DNA of 32,067 bases from Thermoproteota archaeon (GTDB lineage: Archaea; Korarchaeota; Korarchaeia; Korarchaeales; Korarchaeaceae). The notes under the pieces were generated by a model. The model had not been told where the DNA came from, made no database searches, and saw only the letters and a program-made list of their open reading frames with translations. Numbering within the stretch: position 1 is the first letter of the stretch; each line of letters opens with the position of its first letter. A program made the position numbers and the translations under genes. Location of the stretch: contig JAVCBY010000056.1 of assembly GCA_037917625.1 (NCBI GenBank), forward strand, positions 1-32,067. The letters run 5' to 3'. Shown in pieces: positions 1 to 9,515 of this stretch.

Positions 1-2
1 GA

Positions 3-1586
3 AATAATTTTTACTTTGATCCCAACTTCAGTATTGCTCTCAACATAGATTCACCGAGCGAGGTGATGAGCGGGAGCTCATTTCGAATCCTCGTGATCCC
101 GCCTCAAGGATCAAGGGAAATCTCTATAGTTTTCGGAGATTCCTCGATCGTCCTGAGGAACATCAGTATACCGATGAGAGTTGAAATTAGAGCTCCTACA
201 ACTGAAAGAGAAGTTATGAATGACTTATTCGTTACTGTAACGACAAATGATGGTATCTTCGGATTAAGGAGAGGGATAAAGATCCTGTCAACGTATGCGG
301 CATACCTCCTGAATTCGACCGAAGTTTACCTCTTAGGCGGAAGGGGATCTCTCTCATTAAAGATTTATAACTTTGGTGATCTACTCTCACAAATTTCTAG
401 CGTTAAGATGGATTTATTAGGAAGTAAATCTGAAAAAATTCCGCTTAATTTTCCAATTTATTATCAAGTACCTCCTAAATCATCCGTCACGATAGGCCTG
501 CCCTTGGACATCCCGACTGGAGAGTACCTTGGGAGCATCCAGCTGAACTTAAGTGACTCGGTGAATAGGAGTTACTCCCTATCTCTGCAGAATATCAGGA
601 TAATCTCGACCTCTGAGACTTTATCGATCTTGGCATTCGTATCTCCGGAGATCCCGAATGTCGGGGATGATGTCAGACTCTCCCTCAGTTTGAGCTCCGC
701 AATCCCATTGGAGAAGCTACTAGTGAACGTTAGCTCAGCGGGAATGGACCCAATTTCGGATACCTCCAAGTTACTACTGAACATAAGCAGGGGGGAAGTT
801 ATAAGATTGGAGTTCTCCTTCAGGGCTAAAAGTGTGGGACCATCTCAGATATTGATATCAGCCCATTACCTACCTAAGGGCTATTCAACCTATAGGACCG
901 CGGTTAAGGAGGTTAAGGTACCCATCGGTAATGTGGAGGGGATCATCTACGCAGAGGTCAATGAGACGAGCGTGAGAGTAGGTGAGAGCATCGAATTGAG
1001 GTTAAGGGTTGAGGGTGTGAGCGGTGAAGTTACTATAGATTTTCCCAGAGGTACCTCTATAATTGAATCGCAAGGAGCTGTTAGAGGAAATAAGGTGAGC
1101 GTATTAGCCCCAGCTGATGTGAGGATCGTATTGAGCTTCAACTCAACCGGTAATTTTACTTTACCCAGTTTCGCGATATTCAATGAGACCAGAGCCTTAC
1201 CCATTAATGCTGTGCATGTGAACGTAGTGGGGGGATCGATGAATGAGGAGGAGAGATCCCTAAGAGCGAAGTTAGCTGAGCTCAATAGGAGGTATAAGAC
1301 CTTAACTGAGGCATCCAGCAGTCTAGAATCTTCTGATCGTGAGCTCCTCGATAAAGTCAGCAGTTTATTGAGAGAGAGCGAGAATCTGATCAATAAGGGT
1401 ATTTATTCCGATGCTGAGAAATCGCTGAGAGAAGCTGAGAATATCCTTTCGAGCTTAGAGGAGAGAGTTTATGGTTACATGAGTAGTCTAATCAACTTTC
1501 TGATGTATTTCATAATAGGAGCTGGCTTCTCGTCCCTCCTACTCATCTATAGAAGGCTGAGGAAGAGGCGTGCAACTTGGAAGTAG
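3..1586 (+). CDS. Large membrane-anchored surface glycoprotein (Ig-like/CARDB-type beta-sandwich repeats, coiled coil, C-terminal TM anchor); 5'-truncated by the window edge
   Basis: The frame is open from position 3, upstream of the listed GTG at 63. It has beta-rich repeats (e.g. PEIPNVGDDVRLSL, SVRVGESIELRL), about 10 N-X-S/T sequons, a heptad-like helix near the C-terminus, a hydrophobic segment LINFLMYFIIGAGFSSLLLIY and a basic tail RRLRKRR. Confidence 0.6.
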   Translation, partial: NNFYFDPNFSIALNIDSPSEVMSGSSFRILVIPPQGSREISIVFGDSSIVLRNISIPMRVEIRAPTTEREVMNDLFVTVTTNDGIFGLRRGIKILSTYAAYLLNSTEVYLLGGRGSLSLKIYNFGDLLSQISSVKMDLLGSKSEKIPLNFPIYYQVPPKSSVTIGLPLDIPTGEYLGSIQLNLSDSVNRSYSLSLQNIRIISTSETLSILAFVSPEIPNVGDDVRLSLSLSSAIPLEKLLVNVSSAGMDPISDTSKLLLNISRGEVIRLEFSFRAKSVGPSQILISAHYLPKGYSTYRTAVKEVKVPIGNVEGIIYAEVNETSVRVGESIELRLRVEGVSGEVTIDFPRGTSIIESQGAVRGNKVSVLAPADVRIVLSFNSTGNFTLPSFAIFNETRALPINAVHVNVVGGSMNEEERSLRAKLAELNRRYKTLTEASSSLESSDRELLDKVSSLLRESENLINKGIYSDAEKSLREAENILSSLEERVYGYMSSLINFLMYFIIGAGFSSLLLIYRRLRKRRATWK

Positions 1587-2623
1587 AGAGCTGGGCTAAG
1601 AGAGCTGCAATCACTGTAGAGGAGTGCCTTAAGAATAGTGAGAGGGTCGCGATAATACTACCACCAACGCCCGACGGAATATCCTCTTCCGTGATACTCT
1701 CCGAATTATGCTCTCAGCTCGGCGTTGATTCTGAATTCATTGTTTCCCTCCCAGAGACATTCCTAGACGCGATCGAGCGCTTAATAGGGAAGTTCGATCA
1801 CTTGATCTTTTTAGAGCTCCCGCCTCATGGTCCTGGACCTATCTCCGTCGCGAAGGAACTATTCAAGGGGCTAATTGCCATCGATCATGGATCTTCGAAT
1901 CTACCGCAGGATGCCCTCAGGGTGAGACTTGACTACGGGGGTATTTGCACTAGCCTCTTGCTCTACATGATCTCCTCACAGATCGGGAGAGATAATGAGT
2001 ACCTCTCATGGATAGCAGTATCCGGCTTTAGGAATAAGTGCACTTCTAAGATATGCGAATCCGTTAAAGAGAGATCTCAGCTTTACTGGCCTGACTTAGT
2101 TGAAGAGGCAAGTATAGATCTCATCCAGAGGATGCTATCGGCAGCATCCTTCGAGGGGGAGGAGTGGATAATGATGGCTATCTCCTCCCTTCAGGAGTCG
2201 GCGGAGGATCCTTGGTGGTTTATAAGAGGGAGCTCTGTAACTGCGAGCGTATTGAGGTCGAAGGTACCTGAAGTCGAGGCTAAGGTCAGGGACTCCTTAA
2301 GCGAACCCTTCCTCCTCGATGGTTCTGTTGGCATCTGGGAAGTCGATGAGCCTCATCAAAGATTTGTGCTCTCAATAGAGGCCAGAAGATTCGTAGATGT
2401 AGCGATGACATTCTTTTATGATCCCCCACTTGGTCTCGTTTACATCTCAGCCCCGCATTATATCGACTTATACTCCGAGGCCATTGGATTACTCAGAGGG
2501 GATCCGGAATGGTCTGCTTTCGGGGGAAAGGGTTTCCTGTCGATGATAGTAGACTCCGAGAGGATGGTTTCTGTGCTCATGAGTTTCAAGGATAGGTTAA
2601 ATAGTATATTGGGAAGGGCCTGA
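1577..2623 (+). CDS. DHH/RecJ-family protein with DHHA1-like C-terminus, catalytic motifs degenerate
   Basis: Motif order matches DHH phosphoesterases: PTPDGISS (for DxDG), LIFLE, IAIDHG (for DHH), CTSLLLY, WIAVSG, FGGKG (for GGH). TTG start overlaps the upstream gene. Confidence 0.6.
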   Translation: MEVESWAKRAAITVEECLKNSERVAIILPPTPDGISSSVILSELCSQLGVDSEFIVSLPETFLDAIERLIGKFDHLIFLELPPHGPGPISVAKELFKGLIAIDHGSSNLPQDALRVRLDYGGICTSLLLYMISSQIGRDNEYLSWIAVSGFRNKCTSKICESVKERSQLYWPDLVEEASIDLIQRMLSAASFEGEEWIMMAISSLQESAEDPWWFIRGSSVTASVLRSKVPEVEAKVRDSLSEPFLLDGSVGIWEVDEPHQRFVLSIEARRFVDVAMTFFYDPPLGLVYISAPHYIDLYSEAIGLLRGDPEWSAFGGKGFLSMIVDSERMVSVLMSFKDRLNSILGRA

Positions 2624-2681
2624 AAACATTATATCTTCTTGGGCGGTGTCTTGCTAGGATGCTCTGGGAGGATGGGATGGT

Positions 2682-3011
2682 TTGCCGATTAGGGTGGCCG
2701 TCGCTACAGATGATGGTAAGAGCTTACATGATAAGCTCTTCCATAGTGCAAAATTCTTCGCGATATATGATATTTTAGGAAGGAGCCCTACAAAAATAGA
2801 GATGAGAGTTAATACGAGGAGGGAGAGTAAGAGCACTGCCTCCGTCCTCGAGATATTGAGGGATTGCGAGGTCCTCATCGCTAAGAAATTTGACTCAAAA
2901 CTGAAGGAATTGGTGGAAGCCAGAGGAATAATAACAGTGGAAACCGCCAAAGATGACGTTGAATCTGCAGTACTTGAGGTCGCTGAGAACATATCGAGGC
3001 TAAGCGAATGA
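2682..3011 (+). CDS. NifB/NifX-family (FeMo-cofactor-binding-like, RNase H-like fold) protein
   Basis: 109 aa; RVAVATDDG...FHSAKFFAIYD...ILRDCEVLIA...LVEARGI pattern typical of stand-alone NifX-like proteins. GGAGG upstream. Confidence 0.75.
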   Translation: MPIRVAVATDDGKSLHDKLFHSAKFFAIYDILGRSPTKIEMRVNTRRESKSTASVLEILRDCEVLIAKKFDSKLKELVEARGIITVETAKDDVESAVLEVAENISRLSE

Positions 3012-3098
3012 TATTAATTTTGAATCCTAGTGAATCCCTTTCATATGAGAAAAACGCATAGCTCATTGAACACCACTCGGATCCATGGAGGTTTATCG

Positions 3099-3848
3099 AT
3101 GGGTGCGCCTATTAAAAGCGTTGATTGGAAGGAGAGGGAGATCTTCTCAGGATTGAGAGTTCCTTCTGATGCTCCAGTGATGGTGAGGATAGATGGCTGG
3201 AGGTTCCACAAGGTAGCGGATGAGCTTGGATTAGAGAGACCATTCGACCGGAGATTAATAGAAGCGCTTATTCAGGCTCCTCTCTCTTTGATGAGGATGG
3301 GATTTCCTCTAGCATTATCCTTCGCTTTCTCTGACGAGATCTCATTTCTCATATATCCACCGATCCCGTGGAACGGGAGGGTTGAGAAACTCCTAAGTGT
3401 GATTCCCTCTCACTCCTCAGCCATTGTCTCAATGATTTTGAAATATCCAGTGTGTTTTGATGCAAGAATAATCATTTTAAGGGATTTGGATGAGATCCTC
3501 GGTTACCTCAGCTGGAGGCAATCTGAGGCATGGAGGAATGCCCTCAATTCTTATGCACTATTTGCCTTGGAGAGATCGGGGATGAAAAGGGAGGATGCTG
3601 CCAAGGAATTGAGGAATAGGAAGGCAGATAGCCTCCACGATATCATTTTCACTAAATTAGGGATAAACATTGTCACAGTACCCTCCTGGCAGAGGAGAGG
3701 TGTTATCGTCAGGAAGAGGTATGAGGAAAAAACTTATGAATCAGGGAAAGTTATTAGAAGAATACCTGAAGTCGATTGGGATATCCCCCTATTCTCGACA
3801 CCTGAAGGGAGGGATTACCTACTGGAAGCCCTCAGGGCCCTTGAGTGA
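3099..3848 (+). CDS. thg1: tRNA(His) guanylyltransferase / Thg1-like 3'-5' polymerase
   Basis: Motifs RIDGWRFH, FSDEISF, FDARI, YLSWRQ. Start moved to ATG 3099, which has GGAGG at 3087-3091. Confidence 0.92.
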   Translation: MGAPIKSVDWKEREIFSGLRVPSDAPVMVRIDGWRFHKVADELGLERPFDRRLIEALIQAPLSLMRMGFPLALSFAFSDEISFLIYPPIPWNGRVEKLLSVIPSHSSAIVSMILKYPVCFDARIIILRDLDEILGYLSWRQSEAWRNALNSYALFALERSGMKREDAAKELRNRKADSLHDIIFTKLGINIVTVPSWQRRGVIVRKRYEEKTYESGKVIRRIPEVDWDIPLFSTPEGRDYLLEALRALE

Positions 3849-3887
3849 TGTTTTTAGTATTTAGATGGAAGGGCTGTAGGTGATGAT

Positions 3888-4394
3888 ATGCTCATAGGGG
3901 TGATTTCGGACTCTCATGATGATATAGAATCCATTGAAAGAGCTATGGAGATCTTTCAGAGGATAGGTGTTGATGAAGTGATTCATCTGGGAGATCTCAT
4001 CTCTCCATTCGCGCTAATTCCAATTCTAAACTCAGGAATACCATTCAGGATCCTCAGAGGTAATAATGATTCGGAAGTGTTGGTAGCGCTCATGAGCACT
4101 AGTGAGGGGGGTATCTATCATCCCAGCCCCGTTGAGCTCGAAATCAATGGAAAGAAATTACTAATTTTTCACGGATTCGGGGAGAAAGATCTGACGAAGT
4201 TTGTCGCGATATCTCTAGCTAGAAGCGGGAGGTTCGATTTCGTACTCTACGGACATACTCACGAGGTCCATGTCGAGGAAGTAAACGGGACCTTCATCGT
4301 GAACCCTGGGGAGGCCTGCGGTAAGTTGACTGGAAGGAGGACTATCGCTACTGTGGACACTGAAGAGAAAAAAATTGAAATATTGGATCTATAA
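3888..4394 (+). CDS. YfcE/MJ0936-family metallophosphoesterase
   Basis: Motifs ISDSH, HLGD, GNND, FHG, GHTH, NPGE. AGGTGA SD. Confidence 0.9.
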   Translation: MLIGVISDSHDDIESIERAMEIFQRIGVDEVIHLGDLISPFALIPILNSGIPFRILRGNNDSEVLVALMSTSEGGIYHPSPVELEINGKKLLIFHGFGEKDLTKFVAISLARSGRFDFVLYGHTHEVHVEEVNGTFIVNPGEACGKLTGRRTIATVDTEEKKIEILDL

Positions 4395-5579
4395 TGATGA
4401 GATATATTCTCTTATCCTTCTAACTCCCTCTCTTATATCCTCCATGGGACCCGCGAAGGAGATCCTCAGGTATCCCTCACCAGCACCCCCGAAAGCAGTT
4501 CCCGAGAGAAGAGCTACTCCAGCTTCGCGTAAAAGTCTATCTGCGAGCTCATCCGATGAAAATCCAGTCCTCTTTATGTTTGGAAATGCATAAAATGTTC
4601 CTGCTGGTTTGAGCATGCTGAATCCCTTTATCTTAGATATCTCGTCGTATATAACATCCCTCTTCCTCTCGTAATCCCTAACCATCTCATATACTTCCTC
4701 CTGAGGCCCCCTTATAGCATGTATAGCTGCGACTTGAGCGAAATGAGCGGGACAGGAAGATGTATTGAGTTGCACTTGAGCTATCTTGTCCACGAACTCC
4801 TTCCTTCCGACTGCGTATCCTAATCTGTAGCCTGTCATAGCCCACGTCTTGCTGAATCCGCTTATCATTATGGATACCTCTTCAGCCCCCGGGATCGATA
4901 GTATGCTTTCATGCTTCCTACCATCAAATATTATATCCTCGTAGATCTCATCAGATATCACTAAGATGTCCCTCTCCCTCGCTAGCTTGACTATCTCCTC
5001 CAGATCTCTCCTACTGTAGATAACTCCAGTTGGGTTGGAGGGTGTGTTTATCACTATAGCCTTCGTCCTACTCGAAACCTCCTTAATTATGTCATCTATG
5101 TTTGGAGAGAAACCTCTCTCCTCCTTCAGGGCTACAGGTCTCACAACACCTCCTATAAACTTAGTCACACTTTCGTAAGTCGGATAGGCTGGCATAGGGA
5201 TTATCACTTCATCCCCAGGATCTATGAATGACATAAGAGCACCGAATATCGCGAGTTTGGCACCTGTAGTAACTACGACATTTTCAGGCTTAATCTCTAT
5301 TCCTCTAGTTTCGGAAACTCTCTCAGCTATAGCTTCCCTCAGCTCATAGATCCCAGCTGATGGAGTGTATTTTGTCATACCATCCTCTATTGCTTTCTTC
5401 GTCGCCTCCACCACATGCTTAGGTGGATTGTATCCCGGCTCCCCTATCTCCAGATGTACTATATGCTTCCCCTCTCTCTCCAGCTCCCTGGCCTTTGCTA
5501 GGACTATGAAAGCTCCCTCAACACCCAGGCTACTCATCCTAGATGCGAACCTAGGCACGGGATCCCTCCATGTCATCAC
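4389..5579 (-). CDS. aspC: PLP-dependent class I/II aminotransferase (aspartate/aromatic aminotransferase)
   Basis: Motifs IGEP, YTPSAG, NTPSNPTG, SDEIY, GFSKTWAMTGYRLGY (PLP lysine), YLRIS. Confidence 0.9.
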   Translation of the reverse strand: MMTWRDPVPRFASRMSSLGVEGAFIVLAKARELEREGKHIVHLEIGEPGYNPPKHVVEATKKAIEDGMTKYTPSAGIYELREAIAERVSETRGIEIKPENVVVTTGAKLAIFGALMSFIDPGDEVIIPMPAYPTYESVTKFIGGVVRPVALKEERGFSPNIDDIIKEVSSRTKAIVINTPSNPTGVIYSRRDLEEIVKLARERDILVISDEIYEDIIFDGRKHESILSIPGAEEVSIMISGFSKTWAMTGYRLGYAVGRKEFVDKIAQVQLNTSSCPAHFAQVAAIHAIRGPQEEVYEMVRDYERKRDVIYDEISKIKGFSMLKPAGTFYAFPNIKRTGFSSDELADRLLREAGVALLSGTAFGGAGEGYLRISFAGPMEDIREGVRRIREYISSL

Positions 5580-5585
5580 AAATAT

Positions 5586-6593
5586 TTAATTAAAACTTTT
5601 GCTTGGGTTGGGGGAGGAGAGTAGGATCACATAGGCTAAGAGCCCGAAGAGAAGTTCATTTAGGAACACAGTTATCGTAGATGACGTTAGTGTTATCGCG
5701 AGCGCCTCCCCACTGCTCAGTCCTATTATCGTTAGTAGTGCTGTCATCACCCATTCCCTAACGCCTATATTCCCCGGGATCCCTATGGGAATCAGGATGA
5801 GTATTATAGACACTGAGTAGATGAGTATGCCCAAAAGAGGGTCCAGGTTATGTCCTAACGCGTGAAAATAGATGAAGATAGGGAACATATCGAAGAGCCA
5901 GTTGAGGAAAGCACATACCATCGTGATCGAGAGGAGGAGCTTATTCGATATCAAATACTTGAAGGAGGAGACATATTCCTTTGCCATCCTCCTGCCACTC
6001 TCTAAGTTCCTCTTGAGGACCCTCTCTAATATTGAGATCGCTCCCTCTATGTAATCCTCCCTCAGGCTGATCTTGTATATTATGTAGAAGGTCAAGGTCA
6101 GCAGGATTATCGGCAGTAATATAACAGTCGCATCGCCCTTGAAAGCGAAGCTCATCAAATAGGAGAAGCCAAGAGTTATGCTAACTATGAAAGGAACTAT
6201 CATGACTATTCTGTGAACTATTATAGAGGAGAGGGCTTCAGCTGGGCTTATACCGTTTCTCTTACTCACTAGATATACTCTAGCTATTTCTCCACTTGTA
6301 GAGACCGTTGGGATCAATAAGTTCACGAAAAGGCTCACCCATCCTATCAAGAAGGTCTCCCTGAATGATACTCGCCTCCCTAAGAGGAAATACCATCCCA
6401 AGATATAGAAGAGGACTCCTATGTGTATTGAAGCGAAAGCCAGGATTATAGGTACGATGCCGATCGCAGCTATCCTTTCCACAGCTGATTTGAAGTCGAA
6501 AGTGATGAGAAGGGGTATCGTCAGAGCTAATCCTATTAGGATGAGTATTATATTCTTCTTCTCAATCTTAGGAATTTCCCCCTCATTCCCCAT
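5586..6593 (-). CDS. UPF0104 / lysylphosphatidylglycerol-synthase-TM (flippase-like, AglD2-type) membrane protein
   Basis: About 8 hydrophobic segments; motifs NLLIPT...SGEIARVY and PGNIGVRE. The second ATG (6593) has a GAAGGTGA SD. Confidence 0.8.
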   Translation of the reverse strand: MGNEGEIPKIEKKNIILILIGLALTIPLLITFDFKSAVERIAAIGIVPIILAFASIHIGVLFYILGWYFLLGRRVSFRETFLIGWVSLFVNLLIPTVSTSGEIARVYLVSKRNGISPAEALSSIIVHRIVMIVPFIVSITLGFSYLMSFAFKGDATVILLPIILLTLTFYIIYKISLREDYIEGAISILERVLKRNLESGRRMAKEYVSSFKYLISNKLLLSITMVCAFLNWLFDMFPIFIYFHALGHNLDPLLGILIYSVSIILILIPIGIPGNIGVREWVMTALLTIIGLSSGEALAITLTSSTITVFLNELLFGLLAYVILLSSPNPSKSFN

Positions 6594-6603
6594 TTCATCA
6601 CCT

Positions 6604-7509
6604 TCATTTCCCATAGAATATTAGTTTCATCATCTGTATCTCGTCCCAAGTTGGCATGCTATCCATACCGCTTGGCCTCGAGACCTTTATCGTTGAGGCA
6701 GCGTTCGCAAGCTTCAGACAATCGTCTATTGAGAATCCTCTCCTCCTGGCCTTGAGGTATACTGCTGCGAATATATCGCCAGCTCCAGTCGTGTCTACTA
6801 CTTTGACTGGGATAGCTTCTACGCGATGGGTCTCGCCATCCACGTAAGCTAAGGAACCTTTAGATCCCATCTTTATCACCACTTCTTTAGGTCCTTCTCT
6901 CGCTATTTTAGCGGCACAATCTATAGGATCCCTCTCCCCTGAGAGCTCTTGAGCTTCTCTCTCGTTCAGGAAAATTTTTCCAGCCTTACCGAGGAGTGAC
7001 CAGATCTCACGCTTGTACCTCAAGATCATCCTCATTCCCGGATCCCAAGAAGCTCCCCTCATCTCTAGGACGGATTCGGCTATCTCAGGCCTAACGCTCG
7101 CCATATGGACTTCGTCAGCCGAAAATATGAGTTGCTTCCTCTCCAGAATATCTGAAGGTGAGAGCTCCTCATTCGCCCCTGAGCTCTGTATCATCCTCCT
7201 ATCCTCACCTAGCACGTTAAGTATTAGTGCGAGGCCCGTCCTAACACCTTCTACTATTTTCACGTATGATGTGTTTACATTTCCCCTCCTCAATGCATCC
7301 AAGTAGAATTTACCGAGTTCATCGTCCCCGAGTGATGCGATTACGTAAGATTCGATGCCGATCTTAGCTGCTGCCATGGCGAAGTTTGAGGCTGCCCCTC
7401 CAGCACTAATAGTTATAGCTAAGGCCTCTAACGATTCATCCTGCCTAGGTATGGCCTCTAAGAATATCTTTATATCGACATTCGCGTTGCCTATAGCTAC
7501 AAACTTCAT
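6604..7509 (-). CDS. PfkB/ribokinase-family carbohydrate or nucleoside kinase
   Basis: Motifs GGAASNFA, LGDDELG, NEREA and anion hole VDTTGAGDIF. Confidence 0.92.
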   Translation of the reverse strand: MKFVAIGNANVDIKIFLEAIPRQDESLEALAITISAGGAASNFAMAAAKIGIESYVIASLGDDELGKFYLDALRRGNVNTSYVKIVEGVRTGLALILNVLGEDRRMIQSSGANEELSPSDILERKQLIFSADEVHMASVRPEIAESVLEMRGASWDPGMRMILRYKREIWSLLGKAGKIFLNEREAQELSGERDPIDCAAKIAREGPKEVVIKMGSKGSLAYVDGETHRVEAIPVKVVDTTGAGDIFAAVYLKARRRGFSIDDCLKLANAASTIKVSRPSGMDSMPTWDEIQMMKLIFYGK

Positions 7510-8084
7510 CCTCTCTCCCCCAATTTGCTGAGCAATATATTAAGAATTTCCTCTGAGATCTCCTCCTCGCCCCTCTCAGCATCTATTAAGTACGTTATAG
7601 ACTTCCAAGGCTCCGCCTTGATGAGCTTAAGATAGTTCTCCCTCACAATATTTAGGAAATCCAATGAATGATATATCGCCTTATCATCGATTCTATTGAT
7701 GGCAATATCGGGACTTATGTCGAGGTAAAAAACTATATCCGGTAATCTAGCCCATCTATTGAGCTCATTTATCCATTGGATGGGGAGGAAAGCTCCCTGA
7801 TAAGCTAGTGACGATAGCAAATACCTATCCATGATTATTATTCCATTCATTTTCAAACTTCTCATATGCTCGATCCTATCCGCTGCGAAGAGAAGGGCTA
7901 TCGTCTTCTGATCCAGCTCTATTTCCCCTTTAAGCGCTCTCTTCAGTATCTTCCCTATCTCCCCATCAGTGGGCTCCTTAGTGTAAGTTGCTTCTACATT
8001 GAGTTCCCTCAGCTTATCGAGCAATCTTCTGCTCTGGGTCGTCTTCCCAGCCCCATCTATCCCCTCGAATGCTACTAACATCAT
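7506..8084 (-). CDS. tmk: Thymidylate kinase
   Basis: Motifs FEGIDGAGKTTQ, KEP, LLFAADR, DRYLLSSLAYQG. Confidence 0.95.
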   Translation of the reverse strand: MMLVAFEGIDGAGKTTQSRRLLDKLRELNVEATYTKEPTDGEIGKILKRALKGEIELDQKTIALLFAADRIEHMRSLKMNGIIIMDRYLLSSLAYQGAFLPIQWINELNRWARLPDIVFYLDISPDIAINRIDDKAIYHSLDFLNIVRENYLKLIKAEPWKSITYLIDAERGEEEISEEILNILLSKLGERG

Positions 8085-8133
8085 GCCTCACTCCACCGCT
8101 TAATTTTTAACTGCTAAGCGTTGAGTAGCCCGT

Positions 8134-9039
8134 ATGCTAGTAGTGGGTCCGGAAGATGAATTCAACATTGAACTTTCAAGGAGACTCGAGACGAAGCTCG
8201 TGCCGATTGAGAGGAGAGTATTCCCAGATGGGGAGGTATGCCCCAGAGTTCTAGGAAACGTGAATGGGGAAGACGTCTTACTCTCCATGAGGATGAAAGC
8301 TGGAAGTTGCCAGCCGAACAGCTATCTAATTGAGATACTCTTCACATTAAGGAACCTAAAGGAGCATATGGGAGCTAAATCAATATACTTATTGATGCCC
8401 TATTTCCCCTACTCCAGGCAAGACGCTATATTCAGGGAGGGAGAGCCACTCTCCTCAAAATACGTAGCTGAGCTCTTGGAGGATTCTGGTGTTGATGATG
8501 TCTTCACGATCACAGCCCATCTCCACAGAGTGAGCGATGTTAAGACGATTTTCAACAGGACCGGCTTCTATAACTTAAGCGGGTTCGAATCCCTCGCTAA
8601 GGAGCTCAAGAGAATCCCCCTGAGGGATCCCTTCATCCTCGGACCAGATACCGAGAGCATAAACTGGGCTAAGGAGCTGGCTGAGTACTACGGAACGGAG
8701 GAATTCGATTCATTCGGGAAGGAGAGGGATGTTAGCTCTGGGGAGATAAGGACTCTAGTTAAGGAACTCAAGCTCGAGGGGAGGGATGTTATCTTAGTTG
8801 ATGATATAGTCTCCACAGGGGGAACAATGGCTAATGCCATCAGATCAGCTAAGATGATGGGCGCCAGACTCCTCATAGCTGCTTTCGTTCACCCAGTAAT
8901 GGTCCCTGGTTCCCTGGAGAGGATATTGGGAGCGGGAGCCGATATTATAGTGGCAGCTGACACACTCGAATGGTCTGGATCGAGGGCCAGCGTCGTGCCC
9001 ACGGTAGCTTCAGCCTTGAAGGGAGGCGGTTTCGCTTGA
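8134..9039 (+). CDS. prs: Ribose-phosphate pyrophosphokinase
   Basis: Motifs FPDGE, PYFPYSRQD, PRPP-binding VDDIVSTGGT, HPV. Divergent from tmk across 49 bp with an AT-rich core. Confidence 0.93.
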   Translation: MLVVGPEDEFNIELSRRLETKLVPIERRVFPDGEVCPRVLGNVNGEDVLLSMRMKAGSCQPNSYLIEILFTLRNLKEHMGAKSIYLLMPYFPYSRQDAIFREGEPLSSKYVAELLEDSGVDDVFTITAHLHRVSDVKTIFNRTGFYNLSGFESLAKELKRIPLRDPFILGPDTESINWAKELAEYYGTEEFDSFGKERDVSSGEIRTLVKELKLEGRDVILVDDIVSTGGTMANAIRSAKMMGARLLIAAFVHPVMVPGSLERILGAGADIIVAADTLEWSGSRASVVPTVASALKGGGFA

Positions 9040-9422
9040 AATTAAAGCCAGGGATTCTAATTTCTGGAGTAATAACAGCTTTGATCTCCACGATTTTGAT
9101 CTACTTTTCAGTAGTTTTTAGTATGAAAACTCAGTTATCGTATGTAGGTATTTTAGTCGGGCTCATCCTAGTAGCATTAGCCTTAGGCGTTCTCTTAAAC
9201 AAGGGATTCGCCATTAGGGTTTTATCCATCTTTTACTTAATCTTAGCATTTTCGGGAATTTTAATAATGGTAAATCTACCGCCCGAGGGACTTCTGATAA
9301 CGTTACCTTCCTTAGCCTTAGGATCTTACCTCTGGAAGGGTACGAGAAGTACAGAGGAGACCTCTGAGGGATCCGAAACCGAGGATTTCATGGTAGGGGG
9401 AGCATATGCTAGTGAAGGTTAA
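9036..9422 (+). CDS. Small 4-TM membrane protein with acidic C-terminal tail, function unknown
   Basis: TTG at 9036 overlaps the prs stop (TTGA) and has GGAGG upstream. Four hydrophobic segments. Confidence 0.7.
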   Translation: MKLKPGILISGVITALISTILIYFSVVFSMKTQLSYVGILVGLILVALALGVLLNKGFAIRVLSIFYLILAFSGILIMVNLPPEGLLITLPSLALGSYLWKGTRSTEETSEGSETEDFMVGGAYASEG

Positions 9423-9446
9423 GCGGTGAGCTCACTTAACTTCATC

Positions 9447-9458
9447 AAAGATTATATA
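9447..9458 (+). promoter_or_regulatory. Putative BRE/TATA of radA
   Basis: AAAG-A-TTATATA about 25 nt upstream of a GAAGGTGA SD. Confidence 0.55.
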
Positions 9459-9515
9459 CTCGCTGATTCAGCTCTCCTCGGAAGGTGATGGTGCATCCCG
9501 AGGAGAAAGGTTAGA

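Noticed and set aside
2682..3011. NifX-like gene as evidence of nitrogen fixation
   Set aside because: Stand-alone NifB/NifX-domain proteins are common in non-diazotrophic archaea, and no nif genes are nearby.
6577..6614. Near-tandem repeat giving MGNEGDE-MGNEGEI at the pfkB/flippase junction
   Set aside because: It is a short imperfect 21-bp-period repeat whose first copy is the pfkB 3' end plus the SD. It only indicates that the second ATG is the real start.
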